64,000 nucleotides of DNA from Lama guanicoe (Eukaryota), in the NCBI GenBank assembly GCA_013239625.1, contig MU054132.1, positions 1,118,001-1,182,000 on the forward strand, written 5' to 3'. Positions 24,377-37,313 of the stretch are shown piece after piece; the first letter of the stretch is position 1, and every line of letters begins with the position of its first letter. Both the position numbers and the translations under genes were made by a program. A model generated the notes under the pieces. The model was not told the DNA's origin, searched no databases, and saw nothing but the letters and a program-made list of their open reading frames with translations.

Positions 24377-25765
24377 CAGGGGTCAGCAAATATTTTCTGT
24401 AAAGAGCCCCATAGTAAACTGTTTAAACTCTGTGGCCCATAGGATAACTTCCGTCACAAAATAGGCAATCCTTGTTTTGCAAAGTTCTAATATGCACAAA
24501 TTTCAGCTACCATAGTTTAGTTAGGTAACACCAGTCCTCCAACAACATGGTTCAAGTTTCAGTCACCACAATATATTAACTGTGAGTAATTGCATAAAGC
24601 ACAAAATTTGCTGCTAGCTTTTCAGTCTATAAACTACTACATAAATAACAGGTGTGCATCAAGATCAGCGACCTATCACATCACTTTTTTCAAAGCCTGT
24701 TAGTGACTGAGCATCTGTTACTTAGTCCATGCATAGACAGTTTTGTTGCCTCGCCTTCCAGTGATAAACCCATGTGACATTTTACAAAAAGGATAGTCGA
24801 TAGAGGGAACTGACCAACAAAAATGCAAGTGCAGCAAAGAACTAAAGAAAACTGACACCACCAAGTGAAGTTCAAATTTAATGTGAATGGAGTTAACAGA
24901 GGTAATAGAGCTCTGTGGAAATGTTGACTCTACCACCAATCAAAAGACTGGATAAGCAGCCAGAGGAACTTGGTGGCAGTGAGCTTATCTACATAAATGA
25001 GCAAAATGGTTTGGTAAAAAAGATGAAGCTCTCCCAGAGGAAGTGACGCATGCAAGAAATTTCACATTAAAAGAATTCTCGAAGATATTTTGTGACATTG
25101 AAAACACAAAGGATAAAATGCTGGAAGCTGATCCAAACTTTTTAGAAAGGAGTATGACAACCGCCAAAGCATAGGAAACATGCCCATTCCACACTGCAGG
25201 TTATAAGAAGAGAAGAAACTACTCTTGACACATTTTTTACTAAAAAATAAAACATTTTAATTCTCAATGTTTCTAATGTTTTATTAAAGTGTACTAAATA
25301 TTAATTTTCCTGTTTTTCTCTTCATTTCCCCATGCACATGTAACAGGCAACAAGAGAGCTTCTAAAGTTGTTGAAGGTCACAAAACAATCACAACTTCTC
25401 CCACTGACTATTAACATTACTTTGTACAGTTTCACTCTGCATGGCATTTTTACAGTCCTGAATTACTGCGCAAAAACAAGGTCCCCACCGACTGTGCACA
25501 GCAAGAACTGCCTATACTCAACACTGCCATTACAGTGTGCAAGTTTCAACAGAAAACACATAAATGAGTGCATCTGTGTTACTGTAAAACTTTAAGGACA
25601 CTGAAATTTGAATTTCATGTGCTCACCTGTCATGAAATATTATTTGTCCTTTTGACTTTCTGTCAATTCTTTAAAATGTGGAAACCATTCTTAGCTCATG
25701 GATTATACAAAAACAAGCAAAGCAACCTGAATTTTGACCTGTGAGTCATAATTTGCTGACCCCTG
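24377..25765 (+). mobile_element. MER58-type hAT-Charlie element (contains a nested Tigger)
   Basis: Perfect 15-bp TIRs CAGGGGTCAGCAAAT and ATTTGCTGACCCCTG. Perfect 8-bp TSD ACTTAGAT at 24369-24376 and 25766-25773. Confidence 0.9.
24462..25514 (+). mobile_element. TcMar-Tigger non-autonomous element
   Basis: Imperfect TIRs taggcaatccttgttttgca and tgcacagcaagaactgccta. It is homologous, in inverted orientation, to 40213-41169: the ORF-track peptides 24985..25194(-) and 40487..40702(+) are similar. Confidence 0.8.
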
Positions 25766-25838
25766 ACTTAGATGGAAAAAAAACCCATAAAATAAGTATT
25801 AGCAAACCAAATCTAGCAATGTATAAAGAATACATTTT

Positions 25839-25975
25839 GGGGGGGAGGGTATAGCTCAAGTGGAAGAGCACATGCTTAGAATGTATGAGGTCCTGGGTTC
25901 AATCCCCAGTACTGCCTCTAAAAATAAATAAAGAAATAAACCTAATTACCTTCTCCCAACAACAAAAAATGTTTT
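25839..25975 (+). mobile_element. Vic-1-like SINE
   Basis: GGGGGGGAGGGTATAGCTCAAGTGG...GGGTTCAATCCCCAGTAC...CCTAATTACC. Confidence 0.92.
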
Positions 25976-26818
25976 AAAAAAGTACATTGTGAACCAAGTT
26001 GGCTAATTAAACACTAGAAAATCTATTAATGTAATTCACATCAACAGATACAGTAGGGAAACTAAAAGTTCATCTCTCAACAGAATCAAAAGCCTCTGGA
26101 AAGAAGCAAATTAGGATGGGAACATCCCGTATCTAACAAAAGGTATCTATCAAAAAATGAAAACAAAAAGAAAAAACTATCACAAACATAACTCTCTTGA
26201 GATCAGGCAGAAATAAGAATGTCTACTGCCGCTTCCAACCAGTATTATGCAATGAGTCAAGAAAAAAAAATTAAAAGAGTATAAGGGTTATAAAGAAAAA
26301 AAATAACACTGTCACTATTTGCAGGAAACATAACTATAAAGATATAGAGAAAATCAAATAAACTATTAGAATTAGTAAATGAATTTAGCATGGTTACTGA
26401 ATTCTGTAAAATTTCAAAACCCCAACTATATTCACATACTAACAAAAATGACTGGAAAATTTTTCAAAAATATCATTTAAAATGATCTTTTAAAAAATGA
26501 CTAAGACATATCTATGATCATCACATAGAAAAGACATCCATGATCAAACCAAAAAATGAGAAATTAAAGACCTAAATAAACGGCAGGATAGAGCATGATC
26601 ATGTACGAGGTACTGGAAGACTCAAAATTTTGTAAATGTCAGTTATTTCCAAACTGATCTACAGATTGGACATTTCCAAGCAAAATCCCAATAGATTTTT
26701 TTCCTTTTAATTCAAACCGAACAGCCAACTCTAAATTGTATAAGAAAATGAAAAGAGCCAAGAAAAACCAAGACAATGTTAGGGAAAAAACAAAGAACTG
26801 TATATCAAAACTCACTTC

Positions 26819-26892
26819 TGGATTGAACCGTATGAAACTGCTGACAATTGATGACCTAAAAATGTGGCAATTTCACATGTTTCAACCCAATA
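26819..26892. mobile_element. MADE2-like mariner MITE (hairpin)
   Basis: Inverted repeats ttgaaccgtatgaaactgc ... gcaatttcacatgtttcaa, about 75 bp. Confidence 0.7.
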
Positions 26893-28199
26893 TATGTAAA
26901 TACAATAATGAAGACATTGTACTGGCATAACCACCAAGGAAGAGGCCAATACAGAGAACAGTTTTAAAACAGAACCACTACATATGGACAAAATTTATAA
27001 CCAATGTGACAATGCAGAGCAGTAGGGAAAGAACTGTCTTTTCAATAAACAGTGCTGAGTCAACTGGATATCCAACTACTGGGGAAAATGTATCTTGAGT
27101 TCTACCTCACACTATACACAAATATCATTCCAGACAGATGGCAGGTCTAAATGTGAAAGATAAAACAACAAAGCTTCTGAAAGATAATATAAAGAATATC
27201 TTCATGCTCATGGGGTATGGAAAGATTTCTTAAAACAGGTCACACAAATCACTAGCCATAAAGGGCTAAAAGTGATAAATTGGACAATATTAAAGGCAAG
27301 AATTTATGTTCATCCAAATACTCCATTAAGAGAATAGAAGCAAATCAAAGCTGAAAAACATATACATAATACATAAAAAGAAAGAACTCATATACAGGAT
27401 GAATGAAGAACTTCTACAAACAAAAAATGAAACGAAACAGCCATCTCTTGCAGGAGACTATTCAAAAATCCAATAAACATGAAAAAGTGCTTACTTTTAC
27501 TAATCATCAGACTAGGCCAATCAGAACTACACTGAGAGCCAATAAGTACCTGCCAGAATTGCAAAGACAAACAATATTAAGTGTTAGGAAAGATGAGCAG
27601 CAACGGGACCTCTCACATACTGTTATAATTTGACACAATCATTTTAGACTAAAGTATGTCATTATTTACAAGAATTTGTGTATCCTTAAACCCAGGCTTT
27701 CCATGTCTAGAAATATATCCTAGTTAAATTCTTGCAGCCATGTACAAGAATGTCAAAGCAGTATTATTCTAACAAGAATATAAACAATTCAAATGTACAT
27801 CAACAGAGAATAGGATAAATTTTTATTTATACACATACTGAAATCAATATAGCACTGAAAATGAATTAACTATAGATATACACATCAACGTGTATGAATT
27901 TCAACACACAGTGTTAAAGAGTCATGTATCTGTACTCTGTTGAAATAAACACAAAGAAGGGCACAGAATTCAGGACAGTGATACAAGAAAATCAATAGGG
28001 AAAAGACAAATAAGGGGCTTAGAAAAGTCCGATTTTGTTAGCTTTTAGATTCATGGATATTTATCTTTTTATTATTCTTTAAAACTTGCATCTATTTTAC
28101 ATACAAAAAGGTACATATAATGTATCACAGCAAAAAAAAAGGGGTGGGGAGACAGGGATGGTGGAGGGCACAGAGAGACAGGGACATAAGGGGAAAAGA

Positions 28200-28800
28200 G
28201 AAAAAAAGGAAAATTTCCCAAGCAATATCTACTAAGTTATGAGAAACAGATTGGCTTCTGACTTCTAATAGCAACACTGGATGCTAGAAAGCAATGGAGA
28301 GATGCCTTTAAAACTGAGAGAAATTATTTTGAACCTAAAGTTTTATATCCAACCCATCTAAGAAGTCAGGACGAAAGTAGGAAATTCAAACATGCAATAA
28401 ATCCAAAAAGTTTATTTTCCAGACATCCTTTCTGAAAATGAACATTCAGCACAGTCTCCAGGAAAATGACAAATGACAAATGAACACAGCATCCTAGGAA
28501 AACCACAATATTCAAGTAACAGTACAATTAACCTACAAGAGAAATGAAAAGAAATCTATGATGATGGTGGTTATGCACTAGGATCTGTAACAACTCTGTA
28601 CAAAATGAATCTTTCCAAAAACAGTATAACTGTACAAAGCTGAAAGACCTTAGATAAGTGCTGCAGATAGCCTATATTTTTCTGCCAACAAGAAAAAAAA
28701 GGCAATTAAAAGTGAAGGGAGAGATCTGCCAGAGGGGGAACTACACAAGAAACTATTGATTCAAATACAATGCAAACTGAAGTATGGCATTATTTTCAGC
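28200..28800 (+). mobile_element. HAL1/L1 ORF1-like fragment
   Basis: cagattggcttctgacttctaatagcaacactggatgctagaaagcaatggagagatgcctttaaaa...ttttatatccaacc. Confidence 0.65.
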
Positions 28801-29484
28801 TAATGATATAGTTTAAGAAAAAGTGAATTTAATACTTTGGCTCTAACAACAGATGGATCCATGCGGAATGATATGTTTTGTACTTAGGTTCAAAAGGATA
28901 TATATAATGAATCACAGAAAGAAAGGGGGGATGATAATTAAAATAGCAGCTGAAATCAAACCTGAAAAGCTTTTGCTGACTCTCTAAGTTTAATCTTAAG
29001 TGGGCAGAAGGCAAAGAGAACTTTGCCTCCTCACTGGAATGTGCTTCTCTATTGGTCTGCAAGTCTGCATGTCCTGACCTTTAAAAGACAGTGTAAGGTT
29101 CCTCTGTTCTCCGCTCTCCTAGTGGGCTGGCTGGCAGACTGAACATGGGTGGACAGACTTGGTGGCTCTGATGTTGGCTGTGTTCAATATTCTAGTGTAT
29201 TTCTTGTACAAGCAATGAGAGATTTTTGGCATAGATGCATTTTTAATCTTTCAAAACTGAGCAAGGCATAATGAGATTTAAAAAAAAAGTTTAAACCAGA
29301 AATGAAATGACAAAAGCAAGCACCAAAGAGTTTACAAACAAAAATAACAAAGACTTCCAAATTTAATTTCTTCCAAGAAATGTGGAAGTAAATTCTGGGT
29401 AAGCAAAGGTACAAAAAATAACATGCAATAGGACAAAATTTTTGTGGTTACAGAATCAAAGAAATGTACAAACTGACTGGGAAT

Positions 29485-29830
29485 GTGGCAGAGCTGTGCT
29501 CAATGCTCAGCCAATCCCCTTTCTTCTTCTTGGGCACTCAGAAGGAAATTTCCTACCTCCCTTGCAGTTACAAGTTGAGACCGTATGACTGAGTTCTAGT
29601 CAATGGGATTCCAGCTGAAGTAATATGTCTTCCATAAAACACTGAATGAGATCTTCCTTGCTGGTGCTGTTTGCTATCAACTAAATGAATACAAAGGATC
29701 CGGTGGAAGACTAGAAGGAGCTGGAATTCCTCAATCACCACAAGAAGCAAGAAATAAAGCTTAATTGTGTTAAACCACTAAAATGCTAGACACACTAAAG
29801 CAGACAGCATTAACTACCCTAACTAATACA
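29485..29830 (+). mobile_element. MaLR (MLT1-type) LTR
   Basis: Starts tgtggcaga, contains tatgactgagttctagtcaatggga and aataaagcttaattgtgttaaaccact, and ends ccctaactaataca. Confidence 0.75.
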
Positions 29831-30490
29831 GGGATCTTACGTGTCTAACATCCTCATTTTACAAATAAAGAAACTGATAGAGATTTTCTAAAACTTATTC
29901 TAGTTGCTAAAAGAATCAGGTCTTTTGTTATAAGCCAACAAAAAAAGCTGTAAGGTATATAAAGAGGAAATGTAAACTTAAAAAAAAAAGCATGTAAAAA
30001 TCTCAGAGGCATTCACCCCAAATACCCACAAACACCATGATTGAGACTGACTCACATTTTGACTTGTACCACAAAATATGGCTGAAATTAAAAGCTTTAT
30101 ATAATTTATTACTCCTTGTTTTCTAAGGACTAATTTTTAAGTATTATACTATGAAAGTATATCATGTGAAAATTGTATTTGTGATCATTTCTATGAAGAG
30201 TACCATAAGCATCAGGTCCCTGGTCAAATACATAGCTTCTGATTGTGCCTTTACTTCTACAGAAGGGCAGAAAAAAACCCAAACATTTAACAATATTTCA
30301 AGTCAGATGTAAAATCATCACTGGCAGATCATCTGGCCTCTCTTTTCCCCTGCCATAATCTGCATATAAGATCTTGGGCAAGTCACCTCACTTTATTTGT
30401 AAAAAGAGAAGAATTATCCACGAAGTCTTTTAGAAGCCTACCATTTTGACTATGACTTCACTCTATTCAGGTCAAAAAAATGTACTTACT

Positions 30491-30575
30491 TATTAGGTGG
30501 AACCACACAGAATTATTGATATTTGATTGTTTTTTGCCCTATAAAAACTGCATTTTCGTATGGCTTGATCTAGTA
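30491..30575. mobile_element. MADE2-like mariner MITE (decayed hairpin)
   Basis: tattaggtggaaccacacagaatt ... cattttcgtatggcttgatctagta. Confidence 0.65.
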
Positions 30576-31564
30576 CCATGTGCCATGCAATGTGTTCAAA
30601 AACAGTAATTTTTTCAGGTATGTAAATGCACACTTTTTGGAGGAAAAACTAGTATGTTGATTTAGGGGCTCCTAACTGTTGTCATTAGAGCTAAAGAGAA
30701 AAGTCTGTACATCTGAAGAGAAAACCTTTTACACATTCTCTCCTCCTGAGTACTTACGGCTATGGGCTATTTACACAGAAGCTACACAATTTCCACAAAT
30801 TAATATACTGCATCAGAATACTAATTCAAATGTTTTGGCCAAAACTGCTGCAGTTAGTGTGTAAACATAAATCCCACCTATCTATTATTCCATCAGTTTA
30901 GACTTAAAGATTTAGGATTAAGTTTGCCCTGTCAGGCACACAGAGGATTAAATTACTTGTAAATAATTAGCCATTCCCATGAAAGACTAAATTGTGAATG
31001 CTCATGTTACATCCCAATCAAATACAAAGGTTTCTCTAAGAACTACGGCAATCTATACAGAACAGGAATTTAGATCAGCTCTCAGAACAGAGGTATGTTT
31101 CTTACCAAATCACCTTACATCAAGACACTTTATTCCAAAGACAATACCAAGAACCAAATGAACATATTTTTACAAAAATGCTACAGCTGATCTAAGTATA
31201 CCAAGTGAGTATCATTAATTCCTTCTTAAAGTATATGAAAATTTTATTTCCCTTGTCTTCAATATTTTTCTAGAAGAATCTTAATCTTCCTATAAAACTA
31301 CCTTCCCAATAAAAAGCAGTCTGCGGTCAAAGGAGGTTTCTTCTTATCTCTGCACACTAAATTCCAGAATGTAGTTTTTCAGGTTTCAGTTTTTCTGTTA
31401 ATTCGTATGTCATTCTGCAATTTTATCCATTAATTTGAAGCAGTGAACACCAAATACATCATTACTCCCATACACAACTGCCACCAACTGATTAGCAAAA
31501 TAATGAAACAAATCAAACTATAAAAATGGTACTATGTTCTTCACAACTAAGAAAATATTGTCCA

Positions 31565-31661
31565 GGGGGCAGGGTATAGCTCAGTGGGTTCAATCCCCAG
31601 TACCTCCATTAAATAAATAAACCTAATTACCTCCGCCCCACCCCACAAAACAAAACAAAAT
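31565..31661 (+). mobile_element. Vic-1-like SINE with an internal ~33-nt deletion
   Basis: GGGTATAGCTCAGTGG joined directly to GTTCAATCCCCAGTACC. TSD AAAATATTGTCCA (31552-31564) and AAAACACTGTCCA (31662-31674). Confidence 0.9.
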
Positions 31662-31905
31662 AAAACACTGTCCATTGTCGGCTTTGCTGTTTCTACTCCT
31701 CATAAATACCCCCAAGAAAACCCTGCCTATGAATACAGCTTTCAACACGTAAGAATCAATTTACTATGCATTTGAAGAAAGAGAAACATTAAAACGATCA
31801 CTATGTGAGTACAGCTGCCATTGAGGCAGCAAGTATGCTAAGAGTTCAGAAAAGCAGGCAAGACTCCACTGCAGCCTATAAGAAGCTACATTTGGAGAAA
31901 CATAA

Positions 31906-31924
31906 TGGTGCCCTCTACTGCTAA
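31906..31924 (-). promoter_or_regulatory. Candidate CTCF motif
   Basis: Minus strand TTAGCAGTAGAGGGCACCA, with one core mismatch. Confidence 0.4.
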
Positions 31925-33134
31925 AGTGCTTAGACTGGTAAAACTTCCTGATGTCCCCATGTCATGAACGGTCTTTGTACACAGCTCACAGGAGACGCAT
32001 GTACAAAAGCATAAAATAATAAAAGAGTAAAAGGTAATCTTAAATTATCCAGCTTACTATCATATTTTACAACTAGTAAGGTGAGATCCAAAGAGGATTC
32101 CCCTTGTCCCAAGGCAACCAACTAGTTAGTGGCAAAGCTACAATCAGAATCAAGGTCTTCCAACTCCTACCCGACCCAAAGTTCCCTCCTCAAAGTGAGT
32201 GCTCTCTGAACCCACAAGAGAAACACTAGTTCAGAGGTCATAAAGTAGTGATCCTAGGTCAAACAGGGCCCACGCTGCGGAGGCCTCAGAGTATTTTGGA
32301 AAAACTGTGCCAACATCTCAAAAATCAGAAAATTTTGCATGAAGATACAGATTTATAGCCTCTCAAAAATCAGAAGATCAGACAACTAGTATGCATTCCC
32401 AGTCAGCAATAATATGCTGGAACTAAGAAGTAACTGGCTTTACAGACACTCTCTCAGGCAGTGTATGCAGCATAATCTTATTCTAAGCCAGCTTCACTGA
32501 TTCACTTTAAACTGTCAGGATGCTGTAGAAGTTTAAGAAACTTCTGCTCTAGAGCTATTTAAATCATTATTAATTCTAAACAGTTCCAAATGGTTGTAGA
32601 ATTTTGACTGTGTTTTAGAGGCTAGGTTTAACTAAATTACTACACAGTCATGAGACAGCAAAGATGGGAGAGGGAGAGGAAAAAAAAAACTACACACACA
32701 CACATACACACCATGAAATCAGTGGTAATTCCTTCAGAGCATAATCAGAACTTGATTTACACATCTAAAAGGTCTTACTTTCATGGAAGCAATAACTACT
32801 AACTCATCTTTCACAAGTTTTAGTCAATGACATGAAAAGTTCTGTCCTTTGCTTAAAGGAAAGAGCAATAAAGCATATACATATTTATTTCTTCAGGTAG
32901 TAATATCAGTGGTTTAAAATGCTATATATTAGAGCTACAGACTACCAGTTTAATGGCATTTTACATGATACATTTTTTAAGATTTAGTACAATATCCAAA
33001 TAAAACCACAGTAAAAAGAGGTAAACAGAAAAAGAATGGGAAAAAGTAGTCTATAAATTAGGTACAAGCCTACATTTTTTCCCTTAAATATGATGTTTCC
33101 ATTAGTTTCAAACACAAGTTTAAAATCTTTAGGG

Positions 33135-34170
33135 GCATTCCAGTAAACAACAAGCATATCCAGTGCCCAGGTCTTGGTTTCTAATACCATTCTCTTATAC
33201 AGGTACCATGGCTCTTTGGAGAAATGACTAATTCTAGGACAGAGACAGAAAATATACAAGCAGAGCCTAGAACATCTTGCAATGCTAGAAAGCTAGGAAA
33301 TGCTACAAAAATATTAATGAATTGATTTAATGAGGGAGTGTGAAAGGAACATGGGTGTCAAATGAAAGAGCTTCCAATGACCAAAGCTGGAACAATCTGA
33401 GCAACAAAATACAGTACTGGATTGTAACCCAAAATACAAAATAAATATTCATGAATCCATACTGATATAACTAAATGACTGAATAAATACATTAGTGAGG
33501 GAGAATAAATCTACCATGAAGAAGAATTCCAAGGAATTAGCATAGACATTTCAACTTCTAGGCAGTGGAACTTAACCCTGATTCCTTAAGTGTGAGTAGC
33601 ACATAGTGACCTCCTTCCAAAGAGTATAATATGAAAAGGAAACAAAAGAGAAACCTGACAAACACTACCTAAGCTAGGTACGGTGATGAGTCATGTTGAC
33701 AGTATGTACCCTTGAGATAATGTGATAAGAACGGCATTTTACCTCTGTAGCCTTCCTCTCAAAAACCATAACCCCAGTCTAAACATAATGAAGGACATTC
33801 TACAAAATATGAGACCAGTTCCCCTCAAAACTGTCAAGGTCATTAAAAAAAGTAATCAAAAATCTAGTCTGAGAAACTGTCACAGCCATGAGAAACCTAA
33901 TAATAACAACTAAATGTATATAATATGGTATCTTGGATGAGACCCTAGAACAGAAAAAGGCTGACAGGTAAAACTAAAGAAATCCAAACAAAGTATGAGC
34001 TTTAATTAATAATAATGCATCAGCACAGATTCATTAAGTATAACAAATATACCACAGTAATGTAAGATGTAACTAACAGGGGAACTGGGTTTGGGTTATA
34101 GGGGAACTGTAACATCCTAACAACTTTTCTGTAAATCTAAATCTGTTTTTTATAATTTACAAAATTAATT
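33135..34170 (+). mobile_element. L1MC/MD-type 3' UTR
   Basis: cccaggtcttggtttctaataccattctc...ctctttggagaaatgact. Related to 61650-63040. Confidence 0.75.
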
Positions 34171-34188
34171 TTAAAAATATTTATATGG

Positions 34189-34280
34189 TGGGAGAGTATA
34201 GCTCAGTGATAAAGCACATGCTTAGTGTGCACAATGTCCTGGGTTTAATCCCCAGTACTTTTAATTAAAAAAAAAAATTC
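34189..34280 (+). mobile_element. Vic-1-like SINE (diverged)
   Basis: GTATAGCTCAGTGATAAAGC...GGGTTTAATCCCCAGTAC. TSD TAAAAATATTTATATGG / TAAAAATATCTAGATGG. Confidence 0.88.
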
Positions 34281-34579
34281 TAAAAATATCTAGATGGACT
34301 TATCCATGTAAAAATATTGACACAATAATTATAAATTGTCTTTACTTCCGAATATGGTCAAAATGTAAACTTCCAAAGTGTTCAGGGAGTGCTCCATGGC
34401 TAGAATCAAGCACTTGAAAAACTAGTACCATTTCAGTACTTAACATTGTTTAGCACCAAAAATCATGATCCTGGACCTTATTAACAGAAATTTTTGAAAC
34501 AGAAAAAAATAAATTGCCCACAATATATCCCCTATTTTCCCCAGGACAGGTATTCAGAAACAGATCTAAAGAAAAGAAC

Positions 34580-34740
34580 AGTACAATACTACATGATCTG
34601 TGGTTGGCGGAATATCCACATCTATGGATGTGGAATCATGGATCCGGAGGGCTGGCTGTGGAACTTAAGCACCAGGGGATTTTGGCGTTCAGGAGAGTCC
34701 CGAAACCAACTCCCTGTGGACACTGAGGGGCAACTGTATA
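34580..34740. mobile_element. MER2/Tigger-type terminal fragment
   Basis: Ends gaaaccaactccctgtggacactgaggggcaactgTA, which resembles the MER2/Tigger TIR. Confidence 0.7.
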
Positions 34741-36260
34741 TGATACCCTTCTTTAACATTCTAGTAACAAAGATAATTCACTTCCAACTTAAATCTGATC
34801 CATGACCTAAAACTGCACTCTCACACAATCTACAATTCCCTGGAGAAATTTATGGAAAAAAGTCAGTATAAGTAACATCCAAGTCTCTAATACTGAAAAC
34901 TAGCTGGCTCCCCATTAAATCTTCATATTTGAAGCTCTACCACTGGTGCTCTGGAAAACAAACTTACACTTGTTGATTCACAGTGACCAATTCTAATAAG
35001 GACTTATTATAGTCACAGAAACAGAACAACTTAACAATGTGTGTCTAATATTTCCAACCAAATCACACACAAAAAAGGGCATTTGAATCCAACTCCTTAC
35101 TTCATAAGTGAGAAAAGTGTAAGGGGATTAACAAAGATACTTATTCAAAGTCATCCTTGAGTTTCAACTAGAACCAGATTTCCTCTCAAGTCCTGTATTA
35201 TTCCAAAGCAGAAAACAAGGGAAAGATAAGGGGTACTATAACTCTGACCATTTCTTATGCTTACAAGCTTTAGTTTTCTTAGGGGGTCAATAAAATAAGC
35301 CCACTCATATATACCTATCAAAAACAGCATCAAACAGCTATCTTCATTTAAATGGCATGTCTGTCTGATACATATTCTTGTGCCAGCAGTCAATACCCAT
35401 GGAGTAAAAGTTGAAGCCTTAGTTAAAGCTCTTGAGTGTACAATGTAATTTGGTACAAACAGAAAAGTGAGTGTGTTAGTTTTCCTCCCAGTTGTCCTTA
35501 ATCATTTTCCTTTTTCTTCTGTTATTGAGGTGAAATTTACAGAACATACAATTTAGCATTTTAAGTACACAATTCCATGGCATCTCTCTTTCTCTAGTTT
35601 CAAAATGTCTTTAATATTTTTAACTAAAGATGCACAAATCCAAATGTAAAAGGGCTACTCTGTTTTAAATCAATTCATCCCATCCCAAGAAAGGCCTAAA
35701 CCCAAGCTCCAACCTTAAGTGTGTCCTGAGCCCTTTTATCATTCTAATCTCTCACTACACGTGGCCAGCCACACTGCTGCCAAGTACCTTTCACCTTCTT
35801 CTACATATCAGTAGTAGTCTATCACACACTCCTGCCCTGAACAGAACCACAAAGTCCGGCTTATTGTGTGGTCAGCCTACGCAGGAGGCTTTTGTTTCAG
35901 CAAATACTTAGAACATTGCAAATTACTTAGGAAGGAATGATCTCATCCCACTGACCCAACAGCCAACTTCATCAAAAAGCTTTTTGTTACAAGCTGTGAT
36001 AACCCAGGAAACCAGATCTATTTTTACTGTTTAGGCATGGAAAAGGAAAAGAAGAAATCATAAGGAAAAAAACAGCTCACATATTGATCGTTTTTAAAAA
36101 TCACTTAGTCTACAGAATTTTCCCCTTTCTTTGGTGTCTGGCTGCAAGTGAACAAAAAGACTTTTAGAATTGTTTAATGCCAGAAAAAAATCATTACTGT
36201 GACATACTTAAAAAGCAAACTTCATATTCTAGTCCAAATATTGAACATACCTTGGTTCAG

Positions 36261-36423
36261 ATTTTTTTAAATATTTTATTTATTTTGTTTGTGGGGTCTT
36301 TTGGGGGTTTGAGGGGGTAATTAGATTTATTTATATATTTATTTATTTGAGGTACTGGAGATTGAACCCAGGGCCTCATGCATGCTAAACAAGCACTCCA
36401 CCACTGAGCTATACCCTCCCCCC
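36261..36423 (-). mobile_element. Vic-1-like SINE
   Basis: Reverse complement GGGGGGAGGGTATAGCTCAGTGGTGGAGTGCTTGTTTAGCATGCATGAGGCCCTGGGTTCAATCTCCAGTACC. Confidence 0.93.
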
Positions 36424-36469
36424 TAGATGTGTATGAAAAAATAAGGATTCCTCTCCAGCAACACCTCAA

Positions 36470-36682
36470 CAGTTACTGAGTGCTTATGCTCCGGATACTA
36501 TTCTAATCACTTAACATATATAAGTTCAATTAATATGTTCAACATTTCTAGAGTGTAGGTATATTATTATCTCCATTTAAAATGAGGACACCATGGCTCT
36601 TAGAGGTTAAATAATCTGCCTGAGGTTACTCAACTAGTTAAGTGGTAGACCCCCAACTCTTAACTGCTACCCCACACTGCCT
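36470..36682 (-). mobile_element. MIR SINE
   Basis: attattatctccatttaaaatgaggacacc...agaggttaaataatctgcctgaggttac. Confidence 0.75.
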
Positions 36683-37268
36683 CTCCCAGCAAGTTTTATA
36701 GCAAGCTCTAGACGGAGTTTAAAAGGTCATCAAATACACTAAAAGTCAGAGGCAATATAAACAATGTCTCCCACCACCTCCACCTACAACTTTCCACCTC
36801 AACTCCTGGTCCCAGAAACAGATACAGAGACACCTCCAACACAGGGAGGTAGAGGCTAGTAGGAATGGGAAAATGAGCGGGCTAGTACACAGACAAATAA
36901 ACATAAGGAGTTCTCTTGCCCAGTGGTATCAGATGTTCCAGATGGGAAATGATTAGCACACACACACACAAAAACAAAAGAGGGAAAGAGGGAGCTTAGA
37001 AAAACAGTATCTTAGTACTACAGCACTAACTCTCCAAAAATCTAGGGAGCATAAGCAATCCAGACACCTAAAAAGCATTCTCTGACTGGGGAAAGAGACA
37101 TTTTGTCTGGCTCTCCTGGAGCTAAGCAAACAGCTCCAAACTACATTTCCATGTCCTAAATCCATTCTCACCCAGCAGCCTTCCCATTTAGAATAAACCA
37201 AGATGGGGGTGGTAGGAGCGACACGCTAATCACTGAAAGTTAGTCTCATTTGAAAAGTTAGTGTCAGT

Positions 37269-37313
37269 GGAAGGTACAGCTCAGTAGTAGAGGGTAAGCT
37301 TAGCATGCACGAG
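37269..37313 (+). mobile_element. 3'-truncated Vic-1-like SINE fragment
   Basis: GGAAGGTACAGCTCAGTAGTAGAGGGTAAGCTTAGCATGCACGAG, then the match stops before the B box. Confidence 0.75.

Larger units (their letters stand above)
22900..27950 (+). mobile_element. Long decayed L1 (ORF2 to 3' UTR) hosting several nested insertions
   Basis: Collinear ORF2 motifs: aagatttgaacaac; cttatattagaaaaggaag; ctcatgaac|...|tattagcaaaccaaatctagcaat; cttttcaataaacagtgctgagtcaactggatatcc. Confidence 0.8.
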
